Assembly: GCA_964638145.1 (NCBI GenBank)
Contig: CAZXAK010000045.1
Location: 87,629 to 151,628, forward strand
Origin: an uncultured Desulfobacterales bacterium
GTDB taxonomy: Bacteria; Desulfobacterota; Dissulfuribacteria; Dissulfuribacterales; QOAL01
Reading direction: 5' to 3'
DNA: 64,000 bases
Shown here: positions 17,901 through 27,900 of the stretch, piece by piece
Numbering within the stretch: position 1 is the first letter of the stretch
Layout: every line of letters begins with the position of its first letter
Position numbers and translations under genes: made by a program
Notes under the pieces: generated by a model
What the model saw: the letters and a program-made list of their open reading frames with translations, nothing else
What the model was told of the DNA's origin: nothing
Databases searched by the model: none

Positions 17901-20313
17901 GTATGTGCGCAAGGCCAAGGTCAATGGCGGGTTTCAGGCGTCTTGCAAGCGCCTGGGATGCCTGAAAGAAATCCAGTGTCTCAGCCAGTGTCATGGAGAG
18001 TACCTCTGCGATGTTTTTCCCCCTGTACCTTACGGACAATACCTCAGTCTTGAATCTGGTGCCTCTGCAGTAGGGGCAGGGCAGGGTGAGGTCTGGCAGG
18101 AACTGCATCTCAATGACCTGGCTTCCCATCCCTTTGCACTCCTCACATCTGCCGGCATTGGTGTTGAATGAGAACGATCCTGCTGTAAGACCCGAGATTT
18201 TTGCGTCATCCGTATTGGCAAATATCTTTCTGATCACGTCCAGGAGGCCCAGGCCTGTGGCAGGACAGGCGCGCGGGGTACGCGAAGGGGGATTCTGGTC
18301 GATCATGGTGCAAAACCTGATCTCCTCCGGCAGGGACAGTGAGTGGTGGGAGCCAGGCCGTTCTGATGGCATGCCAAGTTTTCGCAGCACTGCCCTGTAC
18401 AGGACCTCCTCTGCGAGGGTGGATTTGCCCGATCCGGAGACGCCTGATATGACAGTAACTCGACGGGTGGGAAGATACACGTCTATGGAGCGCAGATTGT
18501 GTTCGGAGACAGAACGTAGGGCAATATAAGGTCCTTTTGGTATTGAGGTGGCGTTGCCTAAAGGGTGCTGTTCCCTCTTCAGGTATCTCTCATTCCCATA
18601 CCCCGTGGCCTCTTCCTTGGTGTTTCCATGATTATATGTGTCCCTGGTGATGATTGGGGTTGGGGGACCATGATAGGTAATCCTGCCACCTGCCAGGCCT
18701 GAACCTGGTCCCATTTCAATAATCATGTCTGCTGCCTGCAGGATGGCCGGGTCGTTATCAACCACCAGGACCGAGTTTCCCTCCTGTACCAGCCGTCTGA
18801 GGATGTCGGTCATGCGCTGGTTGTCAGCGGCGTGAAGGCCGGTGGATGGTTCATCCACACAGTAAAGGGTTCCGGACAGTCGGCTTCCCAGTGCCCTGGC
18901 CATGTTGATCCTCGCTGCCTCTCCACCTGACAGGGTCCTGGATGCACGATCCATGGTGAGATATGAAAGCCCGGCCCGTTCAAGTGTGCCAAGCCGGTGA
19001 CGCAGGTCATTCAACAGGGCCACAGATGCCTGATCAGGCCGGTATCCCTGGATTATGCTTTCACACCAGTCAATTGCCTGTTCGATGGTAAGGCCGTAGA
19101 CCTCAGGTATGTTGAGGCCTCCGAGCCGATACCAGAGGGCCTCATGCCTGAACCTGCCTCCTCTGCATGAGGGGCACGGCAGGTATGCCCGGTACCTGGC
19201 AAGGAGTATGCGGATATGTGGTTTGTAGCGTTTTCTTTCAAGTTTTTTGAAGAACGCCTCGACTCCTGGCCACTGTCCATGGCCCATGAGGATCTGTTCC
19301 TGCGTTACGGCAGGGAGGTGGCTCCAGGGTGTCTCAGTATCAATGCCTGAGTGCAGGCACCAGTCCACAAGGCGCTGTTTCCATCTCCTGCGGGACTCAA
19401 ACGGCCTGATGGCACCGTTATTGATGGTCAGGCTTGGGTCTGGTACCACGAGAGCAGGATCAATTGCCTCTATCCGGCCAAAGCCTGAACATTCAGGACA
19501 CGCGCCTGCCGGGGAGTTGAAGGAAAACAGGGCAGGTGAGGGGGCTGAAAATCCTCGGTGGCATACGGAACAGTGCCTGCCTTTGCTGAACGAGACACGT
19601 TTTCCTCCTTCATGGATGACGTGCAGGGTTCCGTCTCCAATGTGAAATGCCTGTTCCGCTGATTCCAGGATCCTCTGCTTGTCGAGTTTTACCAGGCGGA
19701 AACGATCTATCACAAACTCAACCGTACGGTCCTTGTCGTGTTCAGAGGCTGCAGGGTCAAATTCCTGGATCTCTCCATTTCGCAAAATACGAAACCAGCC
19801 CTGCTGTTTCATCCATCTGGCCCTGTCTGCCGGAACCAGTGCTGTTATCAGTGCGCCTTGCCGTCCATGGCACCCTTCAGCCATCTCTGTCACGTAGTTG
19901 GCAACATGTTCAGGCGTGTGGTTTATTACCTTGTGCCCGCAACCCGGGCATACCAGCTCACCCATCCTGTAGAAGAGGAGCCTTGTGGGCCAGGTGATTT
20001 CAGATAGGGTGGCAACAGTGGATCTGGCATTGCGTACAGGGTTTTTCTGCTCTATTGCCACGGCGGCAGGCAGGTTCGCCATGGCCCTGGCAGTTGGCCT
20101 TGGCAGTCTTTCAAGGAACTGTCTCGCATATGGCGAGAAGGTTTCGATAAAACGGCGTTGCGCCTCGGCATAGATGCTGTCAAAAACAAGGGATGACTTT
20201 CCAGCGCCAGAGGGGCCGGTTACCACTACCAGTATCCCCTTGGGAATGTCGATGTCGAGGTCTGCGAGATTGTGCAGGCACAGTCCCCTGATCTTGATAG
20301 GAGAGGAATTCAT
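14944..20313 (-). CDS. tandem-duplicated UvrA-like ABC ATPase (two UvrA units in one polypeptide, four nucleotide-binding modules)
   Basis: 1789 aa from the ATG at 20313 (MNSSPIKIRGLCLHNL...). Four Walker A motifs: GPSGAGKSS, GVSGSGKST, GVSGSGKST, GVSGAGKST. Four signature motifs: LSGGEAARI, LSAGEIQRL, LSGGEAQRI, LSGGEAQRL. UvrA-type CxxC zinc modules are present in both halves, and UvrA N-terminal blocks (FDSIYAEAQRRF; FDCIFSEGQRRY) start each half. The track start at 20460 overlaps the tolA-like gene. Confidence 0.85.
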   Translation of the reverse strand: MNSSPIKIRGLCLHNLADLDIDIPKGILVVVTGPSGAGKSSLVFDSIYAEAQRRFIETFSPYARQFLERLPRPTARAMANLPAAVAIEQKNPVRNARSTVATLSEITWPTRLLFYRMGELVCPGCGHKVINHTPEHVANYVTEMAEGCHGRQGALITALVPADRARWMKQQGWFRILRNGEIQEFDPAASEHDKDRTVEFVIDRFRLVKLDKQRILESAEQAFHIGDGTLHVIHEGGKRVSFSKGRHCSVCHRGFSAPSPALFSFNSPAGACPECSGFGRIEAIDPALVVPDPSLTINNGAIRPFESRRRWKQRLVDWCLHSGIDTETPWSHLPAVTQEQILMGHGQWPGVEAFFKKLERKRYKPHIRILLARYRAYLPCPSCRGGRFRHEALWYRLGGLNIPEVYGLTIEQAIDWCESIIQGYRPDQASVALLNDLRHRLGTLERAGLSYLTMDRASRTLSGGEAARINMARALGSRLSGTLYCVDEPSTGLHAADNQRMTDILRRLVQEGNSVLVVDNDPAILQAADMIIEMGPGSGLAGGRITYHGPPTPIITRDTYNHGNTKEEATGYGNERYLKREQHPLGNATSIPKGPYIALRSVSEHNLRSIDVYLPTRRVTVISGVSGSGKSTLAEEVLYRAVLRKLGMPSERPGSHHSLSLPEEIRFCTMIDQNPPSRTPRACPATGLGLLDVIRKIFANTDDAKISGLTAGSFSFNTNAGRCEECKGMGSQVIEMQFLPDLTLPCPYCRGTRFKTEVLSVRYRGKNIAEVLSMTLAETLDFFQASQALARRLKPAIDLGLAHILLGQPLNTLSAGEIQRLKLAECLQKGATGRTGLFIMDEPTRGLHGSEVRMLMAALKHLTSLGNSVVVVEHDLQVISECDWVIDLGPKGGDNGGRLLYQGPPEGLPECEESITGRVIKEIRQAKDDSQDQQVSELLPVCTDRTCTAEKRNISIVGARHHNLKEISLEIPHGKLVVITGVSGSGKSTLAFDCIFSEGQRRYVEGLSSYLRQFVTMYQRPDVDCIAGLTPSVAIEQRTSQAGPMSTVATLTEVAHYTRLLYAKVAVPWCSNCHIPMNSMTTEEILATISERWHGMEILITAPRITRRKGIHRADMEYGIRQGVAGFIVDGTLYLSPQGIPAIKRYTEHSLSWVMGSIIPSGSNRRTLEQMAEKAFQWGRGGIAVAETRLFHEKTGIKEHFFSTAHVCPKCHASIQEADPLLFSFNTRAGRCGHCSGRGRTEEGRLCPSCKGSRLNARARSWHIGDAGIHHLLGLEISDALYQIRQWMERAPWPQRLDQVARPLAESICHRLEFLHDVGLGYLSLDLSGDCLSGGEAQRIRLAAQAGSGLSGITVVLDEPTIGLHPADNRRLINTLKRLRDAGNSVIVVEHDEETLRSADWIVDLGPGGGSNGGEVVAMGTLRDIMKSDRSATALALGNRNRRRISIEKQQASNTPVLSIEGITCRNINEMDISLPLNAFTVITGVSGAGKSTLVFEVIRPAVTRLLDHGNSDSPDVCKNISGAERINRVVTVDHSPIGKTPRSCPATYMGIWSEIRQLLAKVPESRNRGYGPGRFSFNIRGGRCEACAGHGSIRVSLGYLPDVYVPCDMCRGRRFERSTLDIRWKGKDVAEILSMTIEEAQDFFRSIPRITRYLSIACDLGLGYLTLGQPSPSLSGGEAQRLKLVKEFARCGDTHTLYLLDEPTTGLHMTDVDLLIRHLKRFVDRGNSVVVIEHNLDVISAADYLIDIGPMGGRYGGKLLFAGTLKQFMDSSTRSATHQALCQHLTTV

Positions 20314-20374
20314 GGGTGGTTGGTGAAGATTTGAGGTGTGCGGCAACTCTGTCCCGGTTGTCCTCTGTGGGGTC

Positions 20375-21388
20375 CTACATGCCTTCCGGTCTGAAACGTA
20401 TACCCATAACCAGAGGGCCTGGCCTGAGTTGAGGCGGCAGCGCAGGCACTGGTGTGGCATCCTTTACCGCGCGCATGGCAGACTGGTCAAAGAGCATGTT
20501 TCCTGATGTCTTTTCAAATTTGTGTGAAATTATAGTCCCATCGTCTGCGATCTCGATTTCGATAATGGCCTCAAGACCTTTGGAATCTATAAGTTCTGTA
20601 GGCAGGTTCCAGCGGCGCCATATCCTCTTTGAGACCTCGTTGCCATACATGGCAATGATCTCATTTATGTTTTTACCCTTGCCTGTCATGGATGCTGCCG
20701 GGCCTGCAGCCCCTGCCTTTGGGGCCTGGCCCGTATTGTCCTGTTTTTTTCTTAACTTTTGACTCAGCGCCTTTAGACGCTCCTCAAGATGTCTCTCTTC
20801 CTGTTTCTCTTTCACCTCCTGTTTTATTGCCGCCAGTCTCTTCTGCAACAGTTCTTCTTCAGAGGGAGCTTTTTGTCTCTTCAGTATCTTTTTGGGGCGT
20901 GACTTGGCAGAGGGAGAGGGCTTGGGTTTCCCTGCAGTCTTTGCCTTTTGGGTCACTATTTTCTTCTTCTTCTTCGGGTTCAGAGATACTGCCTTTTTCT
21001 TCTGGGCCTCAGCCGGCCGGGCAGAGGGCTTTGATACCCTTTTCTTCATTGGTGCTGGCCGGGAAATCCTGGGCTTTTTCACATTGACCGGCTTTGGCGG
21101 TTTGGATATTTTTTTTGTCTGTGAGGTATGATGGGGCCGGGGGGGGAGGCTCTTGGTTACAGGGGCTGGTTTGTTGGTATTTTTCCTGGATGGTCCTGTT
21201 GCCCTGTTATGAACCATTTGGGGTTCGAAGAGTTTTACTGTGTATATTTCCTGCCCCTTTTTTTGTGACAGGATGAGATCAGGAGCAAATATGGCAAGGA
21301 TCAGCACTGTAATGTGGAGTGTAAGGGCAATAAATATTCCTGTTCTCCACTGCTCCATGCCGTTATTCATGGGGACAAAAAAAGTCAT
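20375..21388 (-). CDS. TonB/TolA-family energy transducer
   Basis: 337 aa. One N-terminal TM (IFIALTLHITVLILAIF), a Pro/Lys-rich spacer, and a C-terminal TonB/TolA-type domain (NMLFDQSAMRAVKDATPVPALPPQL). Lies directly downstream of the tolQ/tolR homologues. Confidence 0.75.
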   Translation of the reverse strand: MTFFVPMNNGMEQWRTGIFIALTLHITVLILAIFAPDLILSQKKGQEIYTVKLFEPQMVHNRATGPSRKNTNKPAPVTKSLPPRPHHTSQTKKISKPPKPVNVKKPRISRPAPMKKRVSKPSARPAEAQKKKAVSLNPKKKKKIVTQKAKTAGKPKPSPSAKSRPKKILKRQKAPSEEELLQKRLAAIKQEVKEKQEERHLEERLKALSQKLRKKQDNTGQAPKAGAAGPAASMTGKGKNINEIIAMYGNEVSKRIWRRWNLPTELIDSKGLEAIIEIEIADDGTIISHKFEKTSGNMLFDQSAMRAVKDATPVPALPPQLRPGPLVMGIRFRPEGM

Positions 21389-21458
21389 GGTCAGGTGTGA
21401 ACAAAAGGTATGTAGCAGAACATGAGAATCGTGGCATTCGCTGTAAGGAAAATCCTGA

Positions 21459-21902
21459 TTATTTTTCCGCAGGCTTTGACGATTTTTCCGGAGCCGGGGC
21501 GGTTACCAGGCCCAGATCCCTGACTCCTGCCTCCCGGATTGCGGTCATGACCAGGGCAACCTTGCCATATCTTACAGATTCGTCAGCCCTTAGCAGTACC
21601 TGTCCTGCCCGACCCTCTTTTACGAGTGTGGCAAGTTTCTGGCGCAGAAGTTCAGGCCCTACCTCTGTCTTGTCGAGAAATATCTCGGCATTGGCATTGA
21701 CGGTTATGACCACGTTTTTCTTTTTTTGCGGCAGTGCCTTGGCCGTGGTGGCCGGAAGTTTGACGTCCAGCCCACGGGTCATCATGGGGGCAGTGACCAT
21801 GAAGATAATCAGAAGTACCAGCATGACGTCCACAAGGGGTGTCACGTTGATCTCGGCAAGATAACGTCCCCTGCCCTTTTTGTGGCCTGCTCCCATTCCC
21901 AT
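21459..21902 (-). CDS. tolR: ExbD/TolR-family protein
   Basis: 147 aa. EINVTPLVDVMLVLLIIFMVTAP TM followed by a periplasmic domain. The start overlaps the stop of the upstream TolQ-like gene. Confidence 0.8.
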   Translation of the reverse strand: MGMGAGHKKGRGRYLAEINVTPLVDVMLVLLIIFMVTAPMMTRGLDVKLPATTAKALPQKKKNVVITVNANAEIFLDKTEVGPELLRQKLATLVKEGRAGQVLLRADESVRYGKVALVMTAIREAGVRDLGLVTAPAPEKSSKPAEK

Positions 21903-22702
21903 CAGAACACCTCCGGGCCAGTGGGCGCATCTGCCTCTTCGTCAGGCACATCAGCCCGGATGGCAAATTCCATATTGTTTGCACCTTGACCGCTTTGATC
22001 TTCAGTGTGGGAAAAGCCCCTAATGAGCTGTCTTTCCACTGTGTTCAGAAAATCAGCGGCAAAGCCCTTCAATACGCCTTCCATGTTTTCAAGTGCGCTC
22101 ATGAAGGAATTGAACGCCATTACTGCAGGTATGGCAGCGGCAAGTCCTGCAGCAGTGGCTACCAGTGCCTCTGAGATGCCAGGGGCCACGGTGGCAAGGC
22201 TTGCGGAACCCTGGAGCCCTATGTTGTGAAAACTGCCCATTATGCCCCACACAGTGCCGAACAGGCCTATAAATGGTGCGGCATTTCCAATGGTTGCCAA
22301 AAGCGGAATGGTCCTTTCCAGCATGGCCAGTTCTTCCTGGATGCCTTTGTTAAGTCCCCTTTCAATGATCTGTAGCCATGAGCCTACCATGTTTTTCCTG
22401 GCAGAAGGACCACACTCCTCCATGAGTTGCTTCAGTTCCTGGTATCCCTGCAGAAACACGCCTGACATGGGGGCCTCAGGCATGCGCAGGGCTGTCCGGT
22501 ATACGCGCTGGAGGTTTCCGCCTTCCCAGAACCGTTCCTCAAAGTCCAAGTTGGCAGACGATGCCTGTCGGAACCTGCGCACCTTTACTGTTATGATGGT
22601 CCAGCAGATCACGGAGAATATCAGCAGAAAGAGAAGTACAAACTGTACAACCGGGCTTGAGTGCAGTAGAAGTGCCCAGATTGACGTAGATGTGTTGGTC
22701 AT
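21902..22702 (-). CDS. tolQ: MotA/TolQ/ExbB-family proton channel
   Basis: 266 aa with three TM segments and the conserved block ATIGNAAPFIGLFGTVWGIMGSF. Confidence 0.8.
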   Translation of the reverse strand: MTNTSTSIWALLLHSSPVVQFVLLFLLIFSVICWTIITVKVRRFRQASSANLDFEERFWEGGNLQRVYRTALRMPEAPMSGVFLQGYQELKQLMEECGPSARKNMVGSWLQIIERGLNKGIQEELAMLERTIPLLATIGNAAPFIGLFGTVWGIMGSFHNIGLQGSASLATVAPGISEALVATAAGLAAAIPAVMAFNSFMSALENMEGVLKGFAADFLNTVERQLIRGFSHTEDQSGQGANNMEFAIRADVPDEEADAPTGPEVF

Positions 22703-22798
22703 GTCATTATCCTTGGGATGGATTTTGCCTTGTATGTTACCTTGCGTTGTGAATGCAAATGTATAATATAGAATTTTGCTGTGGTGGCAATGGAAAGA

Positions 22799-24811
22799 TT
22801 ATTTCCTCTGCATGATCATATGTCCCCTGACTGTACCTGCCATCCATCCCTCTGGTATGAGGATCGTTGTAAAATCATCAACCACTATTGCAGGGCCAGC
22901 AATTCTAATGCCATCTTTCAGCTCATGCCTGCTGACAAGTGCAGTGCTGCACGGGCCAGAGCCATGGATCACTTCGATATATTCAAGGCAATCTGCAGGC
23001 ACGTCACGAAAGGCGTCTGAACTGAGTGTATGCAGGCTGTGGCATAAAGGACCGGTAGCTCCAGCCAGTTCCCTCTTCAGCATTATCCTTGCCCTGATGG
23101 CAGTTATCTCCACTGGCCTGGTCTCAAAGATATAACCGTATAGCTGGCGGTGCAGTGACCCAAAACATGAATGCCACCCTTTTCCCCAGGGAACGGTAAG
23201 TTCAAAGGACTGGCCGTGGTACCGGCAGTCAATATGCGTTTCTACAGTCATGTCGTTTAGTCCCGCATGGCCTGTATGAGCAGTTATTTCCTTTTTGATG
23301 TGCCTTACCAGTTTATCCATTCTATCCTGGATTTCCTGGCCATGTTTTAGGGCATCTCTGATTATAAGTGCCTCTGATCCCTCGAATACAAGATCGGCAT
23401 CTGCCATGCCGCGTGCCGAAAACACGCCGGCCCTTTCCGGTATGATGACCTGGTCTATGTGAAGCTCATGAGCCACTTCCGCTGCATGTAGGCCTGCAGC
23501 GCCGCCATAGCAGACAAGAGAGAATGTGGACGGATCAAACCCCCGTTCCACAGAGACTGTCCGTATTGCCTGCACCATGTTGCTGTTTACCAGACGTATG
23601 ATGCCGAGAGCAGTTTCCACACTCCCCAGGCCAATTTGTTGCGAAAGCCTTTTTAACGCTGGTCCGATGCGTTCCACGTGGAGTTTCATGTTGCCTGCCA
23701 GGAATCTGTCAGGCCTGAGACGTCCAAGAAACAGGTTGGCATCTGTCACAGTCACCTCGGTCCCCTTGCCGTAACAGATGGGGCCAGGGTCTGCCCCGGC
23801 ACTTTGCGGGCCTACTTTCATGAGTCCGCCCCTGTCAATCCATGCTATGGAACCACCTCCTGCGCCAACCGTGTGGATATCAATGATGGGGAGGCCGATC
23901 GGATAGCCGTCTATCTTGTAATCACGGGTATAGGTGAGTGAGCCAGCGCAGAGTGAAACATCTGTAGAGGTGCCTCCCATATCAAATGTGATTATCCTGT
24001 CCATGCCCAGCGTGCGGGCAAGCCCAAGCGCTGCCTGCACTCCTCCGGCTGGGCCTGATAACAGGGTGGTCACTGCCTTGTCATGTATGGAGGAGGCCGG
24101 ACGACATCCGCCGTTTGATTGCTGGATAAATACGCCTGTCCCCTTGAGTCTGCTGGCAAGCCGGTTTACATACCTTCCCACCACGGGATTCAGATAGGCA
24201 TTGATTACTGTGGTGCTGAACCGTTCGTATTCCCTGAACTCAGGCATCACCCTGCTGGAGCGGCTGACAGGCACGCGGAGTTCCTGGCTGATGCGCGTCT
24301 CCATGAGAATTTCATGTTCAGGATTTGCATAGGAGTGCAGGAAGCAGATGGCGATACTTTCAGGCCTCATCGTTCTGCACAGATCAATAACGGCCTGCAG
24401 TTCCTTTTCTGTAAGAGGGGTTATGATATTCCCGTCAGGACCAATCCGTTCCTGAACCCCCAGTATGTTCTGGCGCGGAATTATAGGCGCAGGTTTTTCT
24501 ACCATGAAGTCGTACAGGCACGGGCGGGCCTGCCTGCCTATGAACAGCACATCTTCAAAACCTGCTGTGGTGATTAGCAGGGTGCGTGCCCCCTTTCTTT
24601 CGAGAAATGCGTTGGTGCCAACAGTGGTGCCGTGCACTATCTCAGTGTTCTTTGGAGGAGGCAGCATTGAAAGCTGTTCAAGGCCCTGGAATATGGCCTG
24701 AGACGGGTCGTCAGGCGTGGAGAGTATCTTCAGCCTGCGCCAGGTGCCGTTGCTATCCCTTATGGCAAAATCAGTGAAGGTGCCCCCTGTATCTATTCCT
24801 GCCCGGATCAT
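22799..24811 (-). CDS. hydantoinase/oxoprolinase-family protein (HyuA-like)
   Basis: GIDTGGTFTDF at the N-terminus, then ITFDMGGTSTD. About 670 aa from the in-frame ATG computed at 24811 (alternative 24835). The track start at 24916 adds an implausible leader. Confidence 0.75.
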   Translation of the reverse strand: MIRAGIDTGGTFTDFAIRDSNGTWRRLKILSTPDDPSQAIFQGLEQLSMLPPPKNTEIVHGTTVGTNAFLERKGARTLLITTAGFEDVLFIGRQARPCLYDFMVEKPAPIIPRQNILGVQERIGPDGNIITPLTEKELQAVIDLCRTMRPESIAICFLHSYANPEHEILMETRISQELRVPVSRSSRVMPEFREYERFSTTVINAYLNPVVGRYVNRLASRLKGTGVFIQQSNGGCRPASSIHDKAVTTLLSGPAGGVQAALGLARTLGMDRIITFDMGGTSTDVSLCAGSLTYTRDYKIDGYPIGLPIIDIHTVGAGGGSIAWIDRGGLMKVGPQSAGADPGPICYGKGTEVTVTDANLFLGRLRPDRFLAGNMKLHVERIGPALKRLSQQIGLGSVETALGIIRLVNSNMVQAIRTVSVERGFDPSTFSLVCYGGAAGLHAAEVAHELHIDQVIIPERAGVFSARGMADADLVFEGSEALIIRDALKHGQEIQDRMDKLVRHIKKEITAHTGHAGLNDMTVETHIDCRYHGQSFELTVPWGKGWHSCFGSLHRQLYGYIFETRPVEITAIRARIMLKRELAGATGPLCHSLHTLSSDAFRDVPADCLEYIEVIHGSGPCSTALVSRHELKDGIRIAGPAIVVDDFTTILIPEGWMAGTVRGHMIMQRK

Positions 24812-24957
24812 GTTATTGGTATCCCCTGTGATCATGCTGCAGGATACCTGAAGTGCAGAAGCAATTGACACCATCTGCCGCATAGATATCCTGTGCCGCG
24901 GTTTGCGTTGGAACAAAAAAAATCATTTCAGAATGAATACGTAGATAGCACGTCTTT

Positions 24958-27900
24958 TCAGGCAGTTGCATGGTTAATCTCATTGTTGCCCTGGTCATGG
25001 TCAGATACCAGGTTGACTGAGACTATCTTTGAGATTCCGCGATCCTCCATGGTAACGCCATAGAGTGTGTCAGCCGTGTCCATGACCCGCTGATTGTGGG
25101 TGATGATAACCACCTGTGACTCCTTTGCGATTTTTTTGATTAGTCTGTTGAACCGTACTGTATTGGCTTCATCAAGCGGGGCATCCACTTCATCGAGGAG
25201 GCAGAAGGGGCTCGGTTTTATGAAGTAGACAGCAAATAGCAGGGCCATGGCCGCCATGGTCTTTTCTCCGCCTGAGAGCAGGTTCAGGTGCTGGATCTTC
25301 TTGCCTGGCAGGTTGACCAGGTATTCCACGCCGGCCTCAAGGATGTCATCGTTGGATTCAAGCTGAAGCCTGGCGCTGCCACCATCGAACAGCAGGGGAA
25401 AGACCTGGTCAAGGCTCTGGTTGACCGCCTCAAGTGCATCCTTGAACCGGGATCGACATGTGCGGTTTATCTTGTCTATGGCCTTTTTCAGATCTGCCAT
25501 GGATTTTTCAAGGTCCTGTTTCTGGGCGTTCAGAAACTCATAACGTTCCTTGAGTTGCTCATACTCTTCAAGTGCTCCAAGATTTACCGCACCCATCCGG
25601 CTGATCTTGGACCGGATATCCTCCAGCCTTGTCTTGATCTTGTCCACATCCATGGTATCTGTCAGGTGCTCAACGCCGGTTATGGCGGCAGGTGACAGGC
25701 AGTGCCGTTCCAGAGATGACTGGCCTATGAACTGCAGGGCCTGCCTGCTTTCAGATATGTCTACCTCGAGGCCGTGTACTTTTTTCTCTGCCTGTCGCAC
25801 TGTCTTTTCCCTTTGGTCTATCATCTTTTCACAGGAAGATATTTTCTGAAGTATCTCATCCCGTTCCTGCTCAAGTATAGAAGTCCTTTTGCGTGCATTG
25901 GCCACTGCTGCCTCCTGTGCCTGAACCTTTGCAGCTACCTCGCGCAGTTTTTTTTCCTGTTCTCCAATGGCGGCCAGGAGTTTTTTCCGCTCGGTCACAT
26001 AACTTTCGCTGTCTGAGCGTATGCGTTTCTGCTGTCTCTCTAAAGCCTGTTTCTCCTTTTCCCGTTCCCTGATACTGCTCTCGACTTCAGCAAGGCGTAT
26101 GCGCAACTCATTATGCTTCTGCCTTTTCTGTTCTAAGAATTCTTCATGCCGGTGCAGGTCAGCCTCCCTGCGCTTCAACTGTGTGGATAACCCCTGGTTC
26201 CTTTGGGCAGCCTCCCCAAGGGCTGTCTCGCACTCTTCAAGAGAGAATTCCACCTCCCGCAACTCTTCCTGTGCCTCTCTGATCTCAAAGTTGATAAGTT
26301 CAAGACGGGAACGGGCCGTCTCCACCTTTAACTTTATGGCCTCGGCCTCCTGCTCAAGCCTGGATATCTTGTGCTGTTTTTTCTTGGCATTTGATGTCAG
26401 ACGGGCTACAAGCCCCTTTTTTTCTGATTCTGCTGTCTGGAGAGCCTCTTTTCGGTTGCTCACTGCCTGAAGCTCCTGTTCCAGGGCGCATACCTCCTGT
26501 TCGAGGTCCTTGATCATGGCCTTCCGGACGAGGATCCCTGACCTTTCTGCCCCACCGCCCTGCACGCTGACCTCAAGCCATGGCGTGATGCACTCGCCCT
26601 GGGCAGTGACCATTGATGGCAGGCGGCATGAAAGGCCGGAGGCGTTGGTATCGGCCTGTGCATGTGCAAGTTTGGAGATGCTCGAGTGGAGAGAATCAGA
26701 CAGGACTGTGCCTCCAAGCATGGACTGAAGGGCAGGGAGGATTACAGGGGCTGCCTTGACATGGTGACACAGGGAGTCATATCCCCTGCTGTCAATGTCT
26801 TGGCCAGGTGCTATTGGCTTGTCAGGCGTAAAGGAGCTATCATCTTTGGCTTTCGTAGTGTATGGACAGCGAGGATCTGCGATTATCATATTGAGGATGG
26901 CAGATGACCTCTTTTTGAAGCTTGATGCAATCTTTTGACACGTTTCAGCATTGTCCACCACAAGGGCATGAAGGCGAGGCCCCAGGGCAGTTTCGAAAAT
27001 CCTCTCCCATCCTCTTTCCACCTCTATAAAGTCAGCAAGCAGGCCCAACACCCCCTGTTCTTTCTGTAATATCTGCTGTACCTCAACAGGTATGCCTTCG
27101 CCTGCGGCCTCTACTTCCTTCAGGGCCTGTAGCCTGGCGGCTGCAGCAGCCCTTTCTGCCCTGGTATCACGATATCTTTTCCGGACTGCCGACAGCTCTT
27201 CAGATATGTCTGACAGCTCCTGTTCCGCGTCCCTTCGTTGCTGCGAAAGTTCATGATAGGCGTTCTTCAACTCCTCAACAAGTATATTCAGTCGGGATTG
27301 CTGTTCAGAAAGGGCGGCCAGTTTGTCATCAAGGCCCTGTCTCTCCTCCCTCCGCTTCCCGATTCTGATATCCAGCCGTTTTCTGCGTTCTTTCAGGGCC
27401 CGTCGTTCACTGTCAAGGCGTGCCTGTTCTGCAGCTGCATCCACAAGCAGTACCTTGACCTCTTCAAGTTCCTTCCTGGCCTGGTGGACATGGACCTTTG
27501 CATTATGTACCTGAGCTTTGGCCTCGTCTTCCTGAGCCTTGAGTTTGTCTATGTCTCTGCGCAGTGTTTCAAGGGCCTTTACCACGTTGCTGTGACGCCT
27601 CAACAGTGACTCTGCCCGTTTTTCAGATTCAGAAGCGCTGTTCTCTACAGTTTTCAGCTTTACCTTGGCCTTGTAGAGCTGCTTTTCTGTACCTGTCATT
27701 TCGCGTCTCAGTTCCTCGAGACGTCCCTCGGCAACAGACAGACCGGCCTTCAGTTTCTTGATTTCACTGTCCTTTTGAAGCAGCTCGGTGTTTATGCCCT
27801 CCTTCTCTGCCTTGGCTGCCGCAAGCGCTGCCTCTGCACCCTTCAATGTCTCTGTGGCAAGTTCCATCTCCTTTTCCAGCTTGGCAAGGCCATGTATCTG

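Noticed and set aside
20314-20460. 49-aa N-terminal extension of the UvrA-like ORF
   Set aside because: It overlaps the 3' end of the TonB/TolA-like gene. The UvrA N-terminal consensus (IKIRGLCLHNL...GPSGAGKSS) begins directly at the ATG at 20313.
20700-21150. Low-complexity, T/C-rich repetitive DNA (for example TTCTTCTTCTTCTTC at about 20961)
   Set aside because: It is the coding sequence of the Lys/Pro-rich spacer of the TonB/TolA-like protein on the minus strand, not an independent tandem repeat or CRISPR-like array.
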